From the IMG/VR virus record IMGVR_UViG_3300049988_000245, positions 192,001 through 256,000 of that record: 64,000 bases of DNA; one strand, 5' to 3'. The DNA is from a virus. Lineage: Duplodnaviria > Caudoviricetes. Shown one piece after another: positions 45,171 to 54,700 of this stretch. The position numbers were made by a program, and so were the translations under genes. The notes beneath the pieces were generated by a model. The model searched no databases. It was not told the DNA's origin and worked only from the letters and a program-made list of their open reading frames with translations. Within the stretch, counting starts at the first letter, position 1; each line of letters starts with the position of its first letter.

Positions 45171-45470
45171 ATGAGTTGGGCGACCCACTACATCGCCAAG
45201 CTTCAGCAGGGTGAGACCGTACAATTTCGGCCCCGTGGGGGCTCGATGAAGGGAAAGGTCGCCTCGGGTGCCCTCTGCACGGTCGAACCCCTCCAGGGGC
45301 CGCCCCAGGTGGATGACGTGGTGCTCTGCCGGGTCAAGGGGGCGCAGTACCTCCATCTGGTCAAGGCCATCCAGGGGGAGCGCTTTCAGATCGGCAACAA
45401 CATCGGCGGGATCAACGGTTGGATCGGGATCAATGCGATCTACGGACGGCTAATCCGCGTCGAAGCCTGA
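45171..45470 (+). CDS. peptidase S24/S26-like small protein
   Basis: FRPRGGSM...DDVVLCRVKG..YLHLVKA...IGNN. Confidence 0.65.
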   Translation: MSWATHYIAKLQQGETVQFRPRGGSMKGKVASGALCTVEPLQGPPQVDDVVLCRVKGAQYLHLVKAIQGERFQIGNNIGGINGWIGINAIYGRLIRVEA

Positions 45471-45471
45471 C

Positions 45472-45499
45472 TTGACTTACTCCCTAATTGGTGTACATT
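45472..45499 (+). promoter_or_regulatory. sigma70-like early promoter
   Basis: TTGACT-N16(...TTGGTG)-TACATT. Confidence 0.72.
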
Positions 45500-45525
45500 G
45501 GTGACATCAATGCAGGAGAGCAACC

Positions 45526-45903
45526 ATGTCGGACACCCTCATCAGCAAGATCATGAACACGAGCCCCCGCCGGATCGATACCACGGTCGGCCAGACGATC
45601 TGGCAGCAGCTTGGTGGTCGTCGCTTCTCCATCATGACTGGTGCGAAGGACATCGCTTTCCACGATAACGGTATCTCGTTCAAAATCGGCCGTAACAGCA
45701 CGGCGACCAACCGGGTGTCGATCACCCTCGATCCCTCCGACACCTACATAGTCGAGTTCCAGAAGGTCTCGTTCCCTCGGGTGAATACGAAGGGCGAGTT
45801 CGTCGATGGCAAGGTGAAGGTGCTTCACAAGGCCGAGGACATCTACTGCGACATGCTGCGTGACTGCTTCACCAACTTCACCGGGCTGTACACGAGCTTC
45901 TGA
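45526..45903 (+). CDS. conserved phage hypothetical protein
   Basis: AGGAG RBS; TIWQQLGG.RF..MTGAK...LD.SDTY.VEF...DIY.DML...F...TGLYT. Confidence 0.78.
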   Translation: MSDTLISKIMNTSPRRIDTTVGQTIWQQLGGRRFSIMTGAKDIAFHDNGISFKIGRNSTATNRVSITLDPSDTYIVEFQKVSFPRVNTKGEFVDGKVKVLHKAEDIYCDMLRDCFTNFTGLYTSF

Positions 45904-45934
45904 ACGTCGGTTATTCACTCAGGGGGAGCGTAGC

Positions 45935-46207
45935 ATGCCGGATTGGTTCTCGACCCAGGAAGAGTTGGACGAAGCCATCCGCGATATCAAGGCGCTCTCC
46001 CCGGCCACGCGCAAGGTTCTGGCCAAGGCAATCGAGACCCAGGGGTATCAGGTCTCCAGAATCTCACCCGGTGCAAGAATATTGGAAGACTTAGGTTTCA
46101 TCTTTATAAAAGACCTCAGCAGCTTTGGCAGTGAATGCACGTTAACCCCATCATTGTGGGGTGAAGAAGCCTACGGTGCGTTTGAGGACTTGAAAGGAAA
46201 AAAGTAA
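45935..46207 (+). CDS. hypothetical protein (winged-helix-like)
   Basis: ATG 45935 with GGAG RBS; 90 aa. Confidence 0.6.
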   Translation: MPDWFSTQEELDEAIRDIKALSPATRKVLAKAIETQGYQVSRISPGARILEDLGFIFIKDLSSFGSECTLTPSLWGEEAYGAFEDLKGKK

Positions 46208-46208
46208 A

Positions 46209-46580
46209 ATGGCCTATTTGGGATGGGAATTAAATGAGTCAGACCGGAATCGTCTGCTCGCGCTATTTCCGCCGAAATACCCGGACGTGGTGGCCCATCA
46301 CATCACGGGTCAGTTCGGCGTTTCCGAGGACACTCCGCCGCCTGAGCCCGCGACGTTCGTCGTTGTTGGGATAACCGAGGATCGCGGCCTTCTCCAGACC
46401 CTGGTGGTGTCCGTGAACGGCAACACGACCCGTCCGGACGGCGAGACCTATCACGTCACGTGGTCGCTCGACCGTGCCGCTGGTGCGAAGCCGAAGGATT
46501 CGAAGACGGCAATCAAGCGCCTCGGCTATACCGTAACCGAGCGCGTCCCGTTCCAGGCGGAGCCGAAGACTTTCTCGTAA
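46209..46580 (+). CDS. 2H phosphoesterase-like protein (cyclic phosphodiesterase type)
   Basis: two H-x-T motifs (AHHITG, YHVTWS). Confidence 0.75.
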   Translation: MAYLGWELNESDRNRLLALFPPKYPDVVAHHITGQFGVSEDTPPPEPATFVVVGITEDRGLLQTLVVSVNGNTTRPDGETYHVTWSLDRAAGAKPKDSKTAIKRLGYTVTERVPFQAEPKTFS

Positions 46581-46616
46581 GGCTCAACGCCTCGCGCCTC
46601 GTCCTGCTCGGGGCGC

Positions 46617-46829
46617 TCATCTGGGGTCACCGCATACGCGCGCGGTCATCCTTGGACCCGACCCAAGGATGACCGGGACAACCCCGCGCTTTGAATACGC
46701 CTTAATCGCACGGTTGACCGAATGGAGTTCGTCCATAGTCCCGGCGAGAAGCTGTTGCTGTTCGATCGCAAGCGACCGCAGGTCCGCACGCCGCTGCTGC
46801 AACTCTGCGAGAACATTCTGATCGGTCAT
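46617..46829 (-). CDS. small coiled-coil hypothetical protein
   Basis: 70 aa. Confidence 0.45.
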   Translation of the reverse strand: MTDQNVLAELQQRRADLRSLAIEQQQLLAGTMDELHSVNRAIKAYSKRGVVPVILGSGPRMTARVCGDPR

Positions 46830-46897
46830 GGCCGCATCAACCCTGGTGGATCACTTTAGGTCGCGAATCTGCGCCAAAAAGTCAACCACGGAAAGGG

Positions 46898-47239
46898 TTA
46901 AGATTTTCTTCCATTCGGATGAAAGCTGTCGCATAGCCGCGTCATGACGAAGCGTTGCTCAAACGCGTCAATGAATCCCCCCTCGCTATAGCGTTCCAGT
47001 TCCTCGATCGTCGTTTCTCGATAGCCCTCGTCCTGCTTGGTCGCGACCAAGCGGTTCCATCCCCGCCGATCTTTTTCCGGGGGCTTCTTGAACGTCAGCA
47101 TGGGTCCGTTCGAGGTCTCGCGCCTACCCCAGAACGTGTACTTCACGTCCGGATTGCTGCGCAGGTGGAAGTACCCCCAAACCTTGTCTGAGTTGCCATC
47201 CGTACAGTGACCAACAAAATCGATCGAATAATCCGCCAT
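46898..47239 (-). CDS. WGR-domain-like protein
   Basis: SDKVWG...YTFWGRR...K..EGY. Confidence 0.7.
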   Translation of the reverse strand: MADYSIDFVGHCTDGNSDKVWGYFHLRSNPDVKYTFWGRRETSNGPMLTFKKPPEKDRRGWNRLVATKQDEGYRETTIEELERYSEGGFIDAFEQRFVMTRLCDSFHPNGRKS

Positions 47240-47264
47240 CGAAAGCTCCAGAAATAACGCCCGG

Positions 47265-47293
47265 ATTATGCGCTATTTTCGACGATTTGTCAA
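47265..47293 (-). promoter_or_regulatory. sigma70-like promoter
   Basis: TTGACA-N17-CATAAT upstream of WGR gene. Confidence 0.6.
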
Positions 47294-47340
47294 ATCGCGA
47301 TAGATCGGATTGTTTAATTAAGGTGGGATTTATAGTCGGA

Positions 47341-47347
47341 CTAAATA
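47341..47347 (+). promoter_or_regulatory. T4-like late promoter core of the baseplate operon
   Basis: CTAAATA upstream of AAGGA RBS and ATG 47375. Confidence 0.55.
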
Positions 47348-47374
47348 TGAGGAGATATTTAAGGAAATCATTTC

Positions 47375-47761
47375 ATGGCTGTTCCAACAACATACAAGGG
47401 CTTTAGCACGCAGGGTGCGGAACGCACTCGCCGCTGGACCCGGTTTGATGTTGAATTGGTCAAGACTGATCTTCTTAACCACTTCCATACGCGTATCGGT
47501 GAGCGCGTAATGCGGCCGGAATTCGGTTGCCGCATCTGGGACTACATGAATGAGCCGTTGACTCCGGCTCTTCGTCAAATGGTTATCGACGACGCGGTCA
47601 GAATCATTCAGAGTGATCCTCGTGTGTCTCTACGTACTGTCAACCTATTTGATTTCGAAAACGGCTTGAGAATCGAAATTCTAGTGGATTTTGTAGGTCT
47701 CGCCGAAAATCAATCTTTTTACATCGATTTTGAGAATCGTCAGAACGGCGGCGCGCTATGA
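47375..47761 (+). CDS. baseplate protein, T4 gp25-like
   Basis: DVELVKTDLLNHFHTRIGERVMRPEFGCRIWDYMNEP...IIQSDPRV. Confidence 0.9.
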   Translation: MAVPTTYKGFSTQGAERTRRWTRFDVELVKTDLLNHFHTRIGERVMRPEFGCRIWDYMNEPLTPALRQMVIDDAVRIIQSDPRVSLRTVNLFDFENGLRIEILVDFVGLAENQSFYIDFENRQNGGAL

Positions 47762-48438
47762 TGTTCCATGTCTATGAATTAGCTGACCCTACTGATGGGT
47801 CAGTGTTCTATGTCGGAAAAGGAAACGCTCGAAGAAAGCGTCTCAACGACCATATTCGACAGGGAGAACGTTTGATCGAAGGTAAATCTGTAAAGAATAG
47901 GATTTTAGCCGGTACGATCCGAGGCATCTTGGAGAAGGGTCTAGCGCCACTTTTCAATGTAATTTTTGAGTCAGAGGACGAAAACTTAATTCTGGCAATC
48001 GAAGTAGAATTAATCGCGAAATATGGTAGAATAAACACTGGTACCGGATGTCTTTCGAATCTTACTAATGGCGCTGAGGGCGCATGCGGCCTTAGGCATA
48101 CTGAAGAAAGCAAGTTAGCGATCGGTCGCGCAAGTAAAAGCAGAAAAATGTCAGATGCTGCAAGAGAGAAAATCCGAGTAGCGGCTACAGGCCGATCTCA
48201 CACTTTCGAATCGAAGCAGAAAATTGGCGAAAGATCGAAGTCACGAATTGTTAGTGAAGAAACTAAACTGAAGATATCTATAGCTGGTAAGGGGCGAGTG
48301 CTTAGCGAAGTAACTCGTTCCCGTATATCAGAAAGCAAAAAGGGTTCTAAGAACCCCCGATTCGGCAACTCTGAAAAGCTTAGTCAAAGTCACAGAGATG
48401 CAATTAAAATTTCTTGGATTGCTCGGAGAACAAAATGA
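47758..48438 (+). mobile_element. free-standing GIY-YIG homing endonuclease with NUMOD3-like repeats
   Basis: HVYELADP..GSVFYVGKG...R, E..LIAKYGR...G.L.NLT.G.EG, repeated HT.ESK.KI/SEETK.KIS; low GC. Confidence 0.88.
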
Positions 48439-51400
48439 GTCAGAGTGTGCGGCAGTCGGAGCTTTTTGCCGGTCAGGATTGGCAGGTGCTCTATAGAGCA
48501 TTCACCCAGATCAACTTCAATGCGTCTGACCCGGCTTCGATCAACGAAGCCCTGCGTAATTACATTCGTTCAAACTATGCGGAAGATTTCTCCGACTGGA
48601 TCGAATCGTCTGAGTTTATTGCGATCGTTGATCTGCTCTCGTACCTCGCTGGTACTCTGGCATTCAAGACCGACATCAACGCGCGCGAGAACTTTCTTGA
48701 GTCTGCTGAGGCTCGTGAGTCGATCCTGCGTTTGGCCCGCTTTCTCTCGTACAATCCGCGCCGCAATTATCCCGCCCGTGGCCTACTCAAGATTCAGGGC
48801 ATCCGCACGGATGACGACGTGTACGATTCGTCTGGTAACAACCTCCAGAATCGTCTCCTTACGTGGAACAACTCCGATGATCCGGATTGGTTCGAGCGCT
48901 TCGCTCTCGTCTTGAATTCGGCGTTCGTTTCCTCGCACCAGTTTGGCGCGCCGCTGAAGTCGGCCATCCTTGGTAGCGTCCGGACGCAGCTTTACCGGCT
49001 GAACGCACGATTCGGTGACTGTAACCTCGGATTCAACGCGAACGTCTCCGGCACCAATATGCCGTTCGAAATCTACAATCTCGATTTCGACGAGACCACC
49101 GGGTTCAACGAGCGTGCGCCGAATCTCGATTCGGCCATGCACTGCCTCTACCGTGCGGATGGTAATGGCGCAGATTCACCCAATACGGGCTTCTTCATGG
49201 GTTTCCGCCAGGGCACGCTTGCCTATGCGGAGACTACGATCTCACAGCCAACCGAGAATCAGGTGATTGACCTGAGCGTGGACAATATTAACGAGACCGA
49301 CGTATGGGTTCAGACGCTCAACGCGGACAACTCCCTACGTATCGATTGGACCAAGGTCCCGGCGATCTTCTCCGATAACATCACATTTAACTCGATCTCC
49401 CCGGACATCCGCTCGATCTACTCCGTGGTGACCCGAGACCGTGATCAGGTTAGCTTGCGCTTCTCCGATGGTCGATTCGGCGCCGCGCCGGTTGGTAAAA
49501 TGCGCTTCTGGTACCGTACTTCAAACGGTTACCAGTATCAGATTCGTACCTCCGACATGCAGGGGGTCACCGTTGCGATCCCATATCTGAATCGTCGCGG
49601 CATCCGTAAGACGATCACCCTCGTGTTGAGCCTGGAAGAGGCTGTGGCGAATGCCGCGACCCGTGAGACGGAAGAGCAGATTCGTCTTCGTGCGCCCCAG
49701 CTTTACGCGACCCAGGGTCGTATGGTCTCGGGCGAGGACTACAACACGTTCGCGCTCAAATCGAATCAGGCGACTAAGATCAAGGCGGTCAACCGCATCT
49801 ATTCGGGTCACTCCCGCTTCCTCGATCTAAACGATCCGACCGGCTCGTATCAGGACGTGAGTATGTTCTCCGACGACGGCCTATTCTACAAGGAACGGGT
49901 TAAGAATTATGCGGAAGTTCCGCTCACCGAGAACAAAACTCCCTCGGAGTTGACCACACTGTTCGTTCAGCCTGCGATGAAGCTGGTCGAAACCTACAAC
50001 GTGATTCAGGACTACATGATGCGTCAGGCCCGTTCGGGTCAGATTTCCATCCCGGCGGGTCTTGCTTGGATCAAGGCAACGGATAGCCTGTTTTCATCCA
50101 CCGGATGGTTCAACCAGGGCACACCGTTCCTGCGTGTCGGCTCAACCCTTCTGGTTCGGACCGGTCAGACCCAGCGTTGGGTCACGATCACGGCTGTTCG
50201 CGATGATCCCACACAGAGCGTCGAAGAGGGCGTCGAGGGACCCGTCACGTTGGCCGAGCCGATCGATTCTGGTTCGATCATCGTCGGCTGCGTCCCGTCG
50301 TTTTCCTCAACGATCCCGTCCGCCGTGATCGAGCAAATTCAGTCCCGAATCCTGACGTCAATCGGCTTCACGCTGTGGTACGATTACAACCCGCTGGATC
50401 AGCGTAGCTTCTGGTCGCTCCGCAACGCTGAGAACATCGACACGCAGCCCCAGGTGGTCGGTTCGGCCATCAAGGTATTCTCGTGCGAGTATCTGGCCGA
50501 TGCGATCTGGCGCTTCACCTCGCCGGGCCTGCGCTACACGTTCGAATCGATCAAGAACGTGCGCTTCTACTTCGATGGCGCCAAGGCGGTGGACTACTCG
50601 ACCGGCCAGACCCACTTTGACCGGATCAAGATTCTCAAGTACAACACTGACCTTCTCTCGGGTCTTGGTCTCGGCCGCGATTACGAACTCGCGGTCACCA
50701 AAACGATCACTTATTCGGACGGTTACGCCGATCCCCGCCGCGTCGCGGTGGAGTTCATCGACACCGATGGCGATGGGGTGCCGGATGATCCGGATACCTA
50801 CTACCGCGTAGTCGATCACTTTGCCCAGAACACCCTCCTGTTCTGGCAGCAGGACGCCGAAGGTCTGTACGCACCGTTCAACAACATGTGGGTGTATGAG
50901 CAGGAGACCGATCGGGTTAACTCCGGTGCCCCGCTGGGTACTGCCGCGTTTCAGATCAGTGGCGTCTCCCCAGAGACGTTCTGGTACAAGGGCGCCCAGG
51001 GTTGGGTTCAGCAGTTCCGCCTGTTCCGGTTTGCCCGTGGCCGTGGCTCGAATACCGCCGCGAAGTGGTTCGCAGGTGGCGGCACGGGTATCCCGACCCC
51101 AAAGGGCTCCTTGGTGAATTTCCAATGGAAGCATTACGCGCCGTCTGATCATCGTGTGGACCCGTCGAAGACAAACATCATCGACATGTTCATCCTCACG
51201 ACGGAGTACGATTTTCTTGTTCGCGAGTGGATCAGACAGGGTGCGGACCCGCTCAACCTGCCTGTAGCGCCGACTGAGCTTGAGCTTCGCACGACCTTCG
51301 GTCAGTACGAATCATTCAAGATGTTCTCTGACGAGATCGTTTGGCGCCCGGTTAAATACAAGTACCTATTCGGTACTGGTGCAGAGGACGCATTGAAGGC

Positions 51401-51728
51401 AACCTTCAAGGTGGTCAAGCTCCCGAACTCAAATATTTCGGACGGTGAGATTAAGGCGTACGTTGCCCGTGCGATCAACGCCTATTTTGCATCTGACTTC
51501 TGGGACTTTGGCGAAACCTTCTACTTTACCGAATTGGCCGCATACGTTCATCAGCAGCTATCCACCTCGATCGCCTCGATAGTCATCGTGCCGCGTGTCC
51601 AGAATGGATCGTTCGGTGATGGAATTGAAATCCGCTGCCGCCCTGATGAGATTTTCATTTCGACCGCTCAGGTCAACGATGTTACGATCATCGACTCTAA
51701 CACTCCGACGAATTTGAGAATGCGATAA
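48435..51728 (+). CDS. baseplate wedge protein, T4 gp6-like (jumbo-phage type)
   Basis: 1097 aa; DWQVLY..F..INF...NY.EDFSDWIESSEFIA..DLL.YL...NARENFL..AE.RES, RMVSGEDYN, WDFGETFYFTEL. Confidence 0.88.
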   Translation: MSQSVRQSELFAGQDWQVLYRAFTQINFNASDPASINEALRNYIRSNYAEDFSDWIESSEFIAIVDLLSYLAGTLAFKTDINARENFLESAEARESILRLARFLSYNPRRNYPARGLLKIQGIRTDDDVYDSSGNNLQNRLLTWNNSDDPDWFERFALVLNSAFVSSHQFGAPLKSAILGSVRTQLYRLNARFGDCNLGFNANVSGTNMPFEIYNLDFDETTGFNERAPNLDSAMHCLYRADGNGADSPNTGFFMGFRQGTLAYAETTISQPTENQVIDLSVDNINETDVWVQTLNADNSLRIDWTKVPAIFSDNITFNSISPDIRSIYSVVTRDRDQVSLRFSDGRFGAAPVGKMRFWYRTSNGYQYQIRTSDMQGVTVAIPYLNRRGIRKTITLVLSLEEAVANAATRETEEQIRLRAPQLYATQGRMVSGEDYNTFALKSNQATKIKAVNRIYSGHSRFLDLNDPTGSYQDVSMFSDDGLFYKERVKNYAEVPLTENKTPSELTTLFVQPAMKLVETYNVIQDYMMRQARSGQISIPAGLAWIKATDSLFSSTGWFNQGTPFLRVGSTLLVRTGQTQRWVTITAVRDDPTQSVEEGVEGPVTLAEPIDSGSIIVGCVPSFSSTIPSAVIEQIQSRILTSIGFTLWYDYNPLDQRSFWSLRNAENIDTQPQVVGSAIKVFSCEYLADAIWRFTSPGLRYTFESIKNVRFYFDGAKAVDYSTGQTHFDRIKILKYNTDLLSGLGLGRDYELAVTKTITYSDGYADPRRVAVEFIDTDGDGVPDDPDTYYRVVDHFAQNTLLFWQQDAEGLYAPFNNMWVYEQETDRVNSGAPLGTAAFQISGVSPETFWYKGAQGWVQQFRLFRFARGRGSNTAAKWFAGGGTGIPTPKGSLVNFQWKHYAPSDHRVDPSKTNIIDMFILTTEYDFLVREWIRQGADPLNLPVAPTELELRTTFGQYESFKMFSDEIVWRPVKYKYLFGTGAEDALKATFKVVKLPNSNISDGEIKAYVARAINAYFASDFWDFGETFYFTELAAYVHQQLSTSIASIVIVPRVQNGSFGDGIEIRCRPDEIFISTAQVNDVTIIDSNTPTNLRMR

Positions 51729-51729
51729 T

Positions 51730-54700
51730 ATGGACAAGCGTCGTTTTATTCAGCAGCTTCCTGAAGTACACAACACCGAGACTCTGAAGAAGTTCTTCGG
51801 GGCCACGGTGGACCAGATTTTCCAGCCGGGTTCTTCGGAGCAGCTTAGCGGATACATCGGTTCGAAGCCTGCATACTTTGATTCGGAGAAGGATTTTTAC
51901 CTGACCGAGCCAACAGCGATTCGTGCCGCGTATCAGTTCGATCCTGCCATGGTGTCCCAGGCGGAAAACGGCGACGTTACGAACATTCTCACGTACGACG
52001 ACTTTATGGCGTATCTCCGGGCTGAGAACGCGATCACCGTCGATCACGACCGCATGTTCGGCGACACCTCCTACGGATGGGTGCCACCGGTCGATCTGGA
52101 TAAGCTCGGAAACTATCGGCAGTATTACTGGTTCGGTGATCAGCCAAACCTCCTACCTCCGGTGGTGCTCAGCGTGAGCAACACCACGTATACCGCTGAC
52201 GGCCAGACCCACATCTTCGAGATGCCCTCCGCGATCGATGGCGTGTCGGCCGATCGCGAGACCCCGGCGGTGTTCGTCGATGGCCTTCCCGTGGAGATGC
52301 AGGTTGTCGGCCAGTCGGTCGCGCTCGTCGAGACCCCTGGTGCGGGCGCGTCCATCTGCGTGTTCCGTTACGCCGATCTTACGGCGGTGCTCGACGGGCA
52401 GGTAAACATCGATCCGCGCCTGTTTAATCCGGCCCTACCGATGGATCGTCTAACCTCGAACATGCGCCTACGACTGGAGGACGGTATCGCGTTCTTCCAG
52501 GGCTTCGGGCGCATGCCGTACGAGACCGTCTTCATCAAGATTCCCCGCCTGTGCCAGGAACGCTTCCAAGTGCCCTGGGACGAGTACACACGCCCGTCTG
52601 ACTTCTTCGTGGAAGGTGTTGGCTCGCGCATCGTCGTGGCGCCCTACCCCGCGCGTATGACGTACAAGGAGCATGACGCAACCTACACGGTGATCAACCG
52701 CCGTGACATCGCCCGTTCGCCCTGGGTGGTGAACAACTTCTGGGTCCACGAATCCGCATTTCGTTGGGCCGAGAAGAGCTTCCCGTCGCGTCGCGCCAAG
52801 CGCCCGATCGTGGAATTCCTGCCCAACCTCGAACTCATGAACTACGGGCTCCGTCCACTGGAGACCATCACTGGCACCCTCACGGGTGATCCCATGTACG
52901 TGCCGATCCTGCTCGACAAAGTCGATGCGACGAAGGGCATTTCCGATTGGGACGTGTACCCGTTCGACACCGAGACGTACGAGTCCAGCGGCATTCGCCC
53001 GATCCCGCTGATACAGACCAACGGCAAACTCGTCGGCCAGCTTTTCGTCGATGGCGGCAAGATGCTGAACTTCGGCGACCGTATCCTCGTGATTCAGAAC
53101 AGCTACCCCGAGCTTAGCGGGTCGATCCTGCGCGTCCGTCTCGGTACGCAGCCGATCACCGTAACCCTGCCCGATGGGACCACTCAGACGCAGACGCAAA
53201 GCGTGCTTGTGCTGGTTCCGGAGAAGGCCGCGATCCCCGGCGATACCGTTCGTCTGGAGCGCGGGCGCCTCGTCCCCTGGGATAAGGCCGCAGGCACGGA
53301 AAACTGGTTCATCTCTCACAACGGCAGCGACCGCCTGCCTTGGGAATTTCTGTCCGAGGCCGTCGAGTACCATTTTGATGGCACCGAAGGCGGAGACGGG
53401 TCCCTGTGGCGTGAGTCCCAGGCGCCGCATGCAGACCGTCGCGAGCCGCAGTTCGCTCTCTACACAGACGAGAAAGTGCGTTTGGACCGCCTACCCAATG
53501 GATCGTTCCTCGGCAACCGTCTGTTTGGCTACACCCCGGCGAACGAAGAGACGGGCCGTCTCGACGCCGCCCTTGGTCAGTACGTGATCTATGATTCGAA
53601 GGATGCGATTCAGTTCCGCTTCGATCAGGCAACCGAGCGCTACACCGCGAACGGTCAGCCCGTTGTGGGCTTCCAGTACTATCGCGTGTACGGACAGAAC
53701 GGTCAGCCTGATACCTACTCGAACTCCTGGCACGTCACGGGGGAGCGTTCGCACCAGACCCTCACCAACGGGCTATTTTCGACCCCTCAGAATCTCGTGG
53801 CCAACCCGAACAACGAAGAGGTCTCTACCGTATCGCGTCGCGACTGGCTTGAGAACTTCGCCAACGTGTTCATCCGCCAGGAGGGCTTTACCGGCTCCCC
53901 CTACAACATCAACAACTGGCGCGATTCCGCCCAGACCCCCGGCCTCGGCTTCAACGGCCCGGTCTGGCAGATGGGCCACGACTACGCGGTGGGTGATACC
54001 TGTAAGCACCTCAACAAGGTCTATCGCTGCACGCAAGCGCACACATCTAGTATTAGCTTCGACGTGCGCTATTGGGCGATTCGCCCGACCCACCAGATCG
54101 TGCAGAACAAGTCACCGCTTCTACGCACGATGCTGCTCGCCTCGGACAAGCGTTTCGACTACCTCGACGCGGTTCGCTACCTCGATGCCGAATATGCTCG
54201 ATTCCGCAACAAGTTCCGTGCTCAGACGATCGAAGTCCGTCGTACCGGCCAGTTGACCGATGCGAACGACCACGATGTATGGGTTGAGACGATTCTCAAC
54301 AATCTCAAGTTCACCAAGACGAACGACTTCCCGTTCTCGCTCTCCAGCATGGCGGGCGGTCAGTACTTCATTCCGCCAACTGCCGCTCAGATGGGCCTGC
54401 TCAACACATACGAGCCCACCTACGAGTACGATGACACCTATACTCCGGCGGCCCTGTTCCTGCGCGGCCATGACGGTTCACGCACGCCCGTGGTGGGCTC
54501 GTTCGAGGACGACATCCTGCTTGCCCTTGAGCGCCGTATCTGGGTGAACATCGTGCCGCAGTTCAAGTCCGAAGCCAAGCGCCCGTTCGACTTCTTTGGC
54601 CTGATCGACGGGCGAAACCGTGGTGACGGGAACGGCGACGAGACCAGTGCGGGTGATCCGAACCCGTGTGATAACGATCCGAATCCAATTGAAACCGGCC

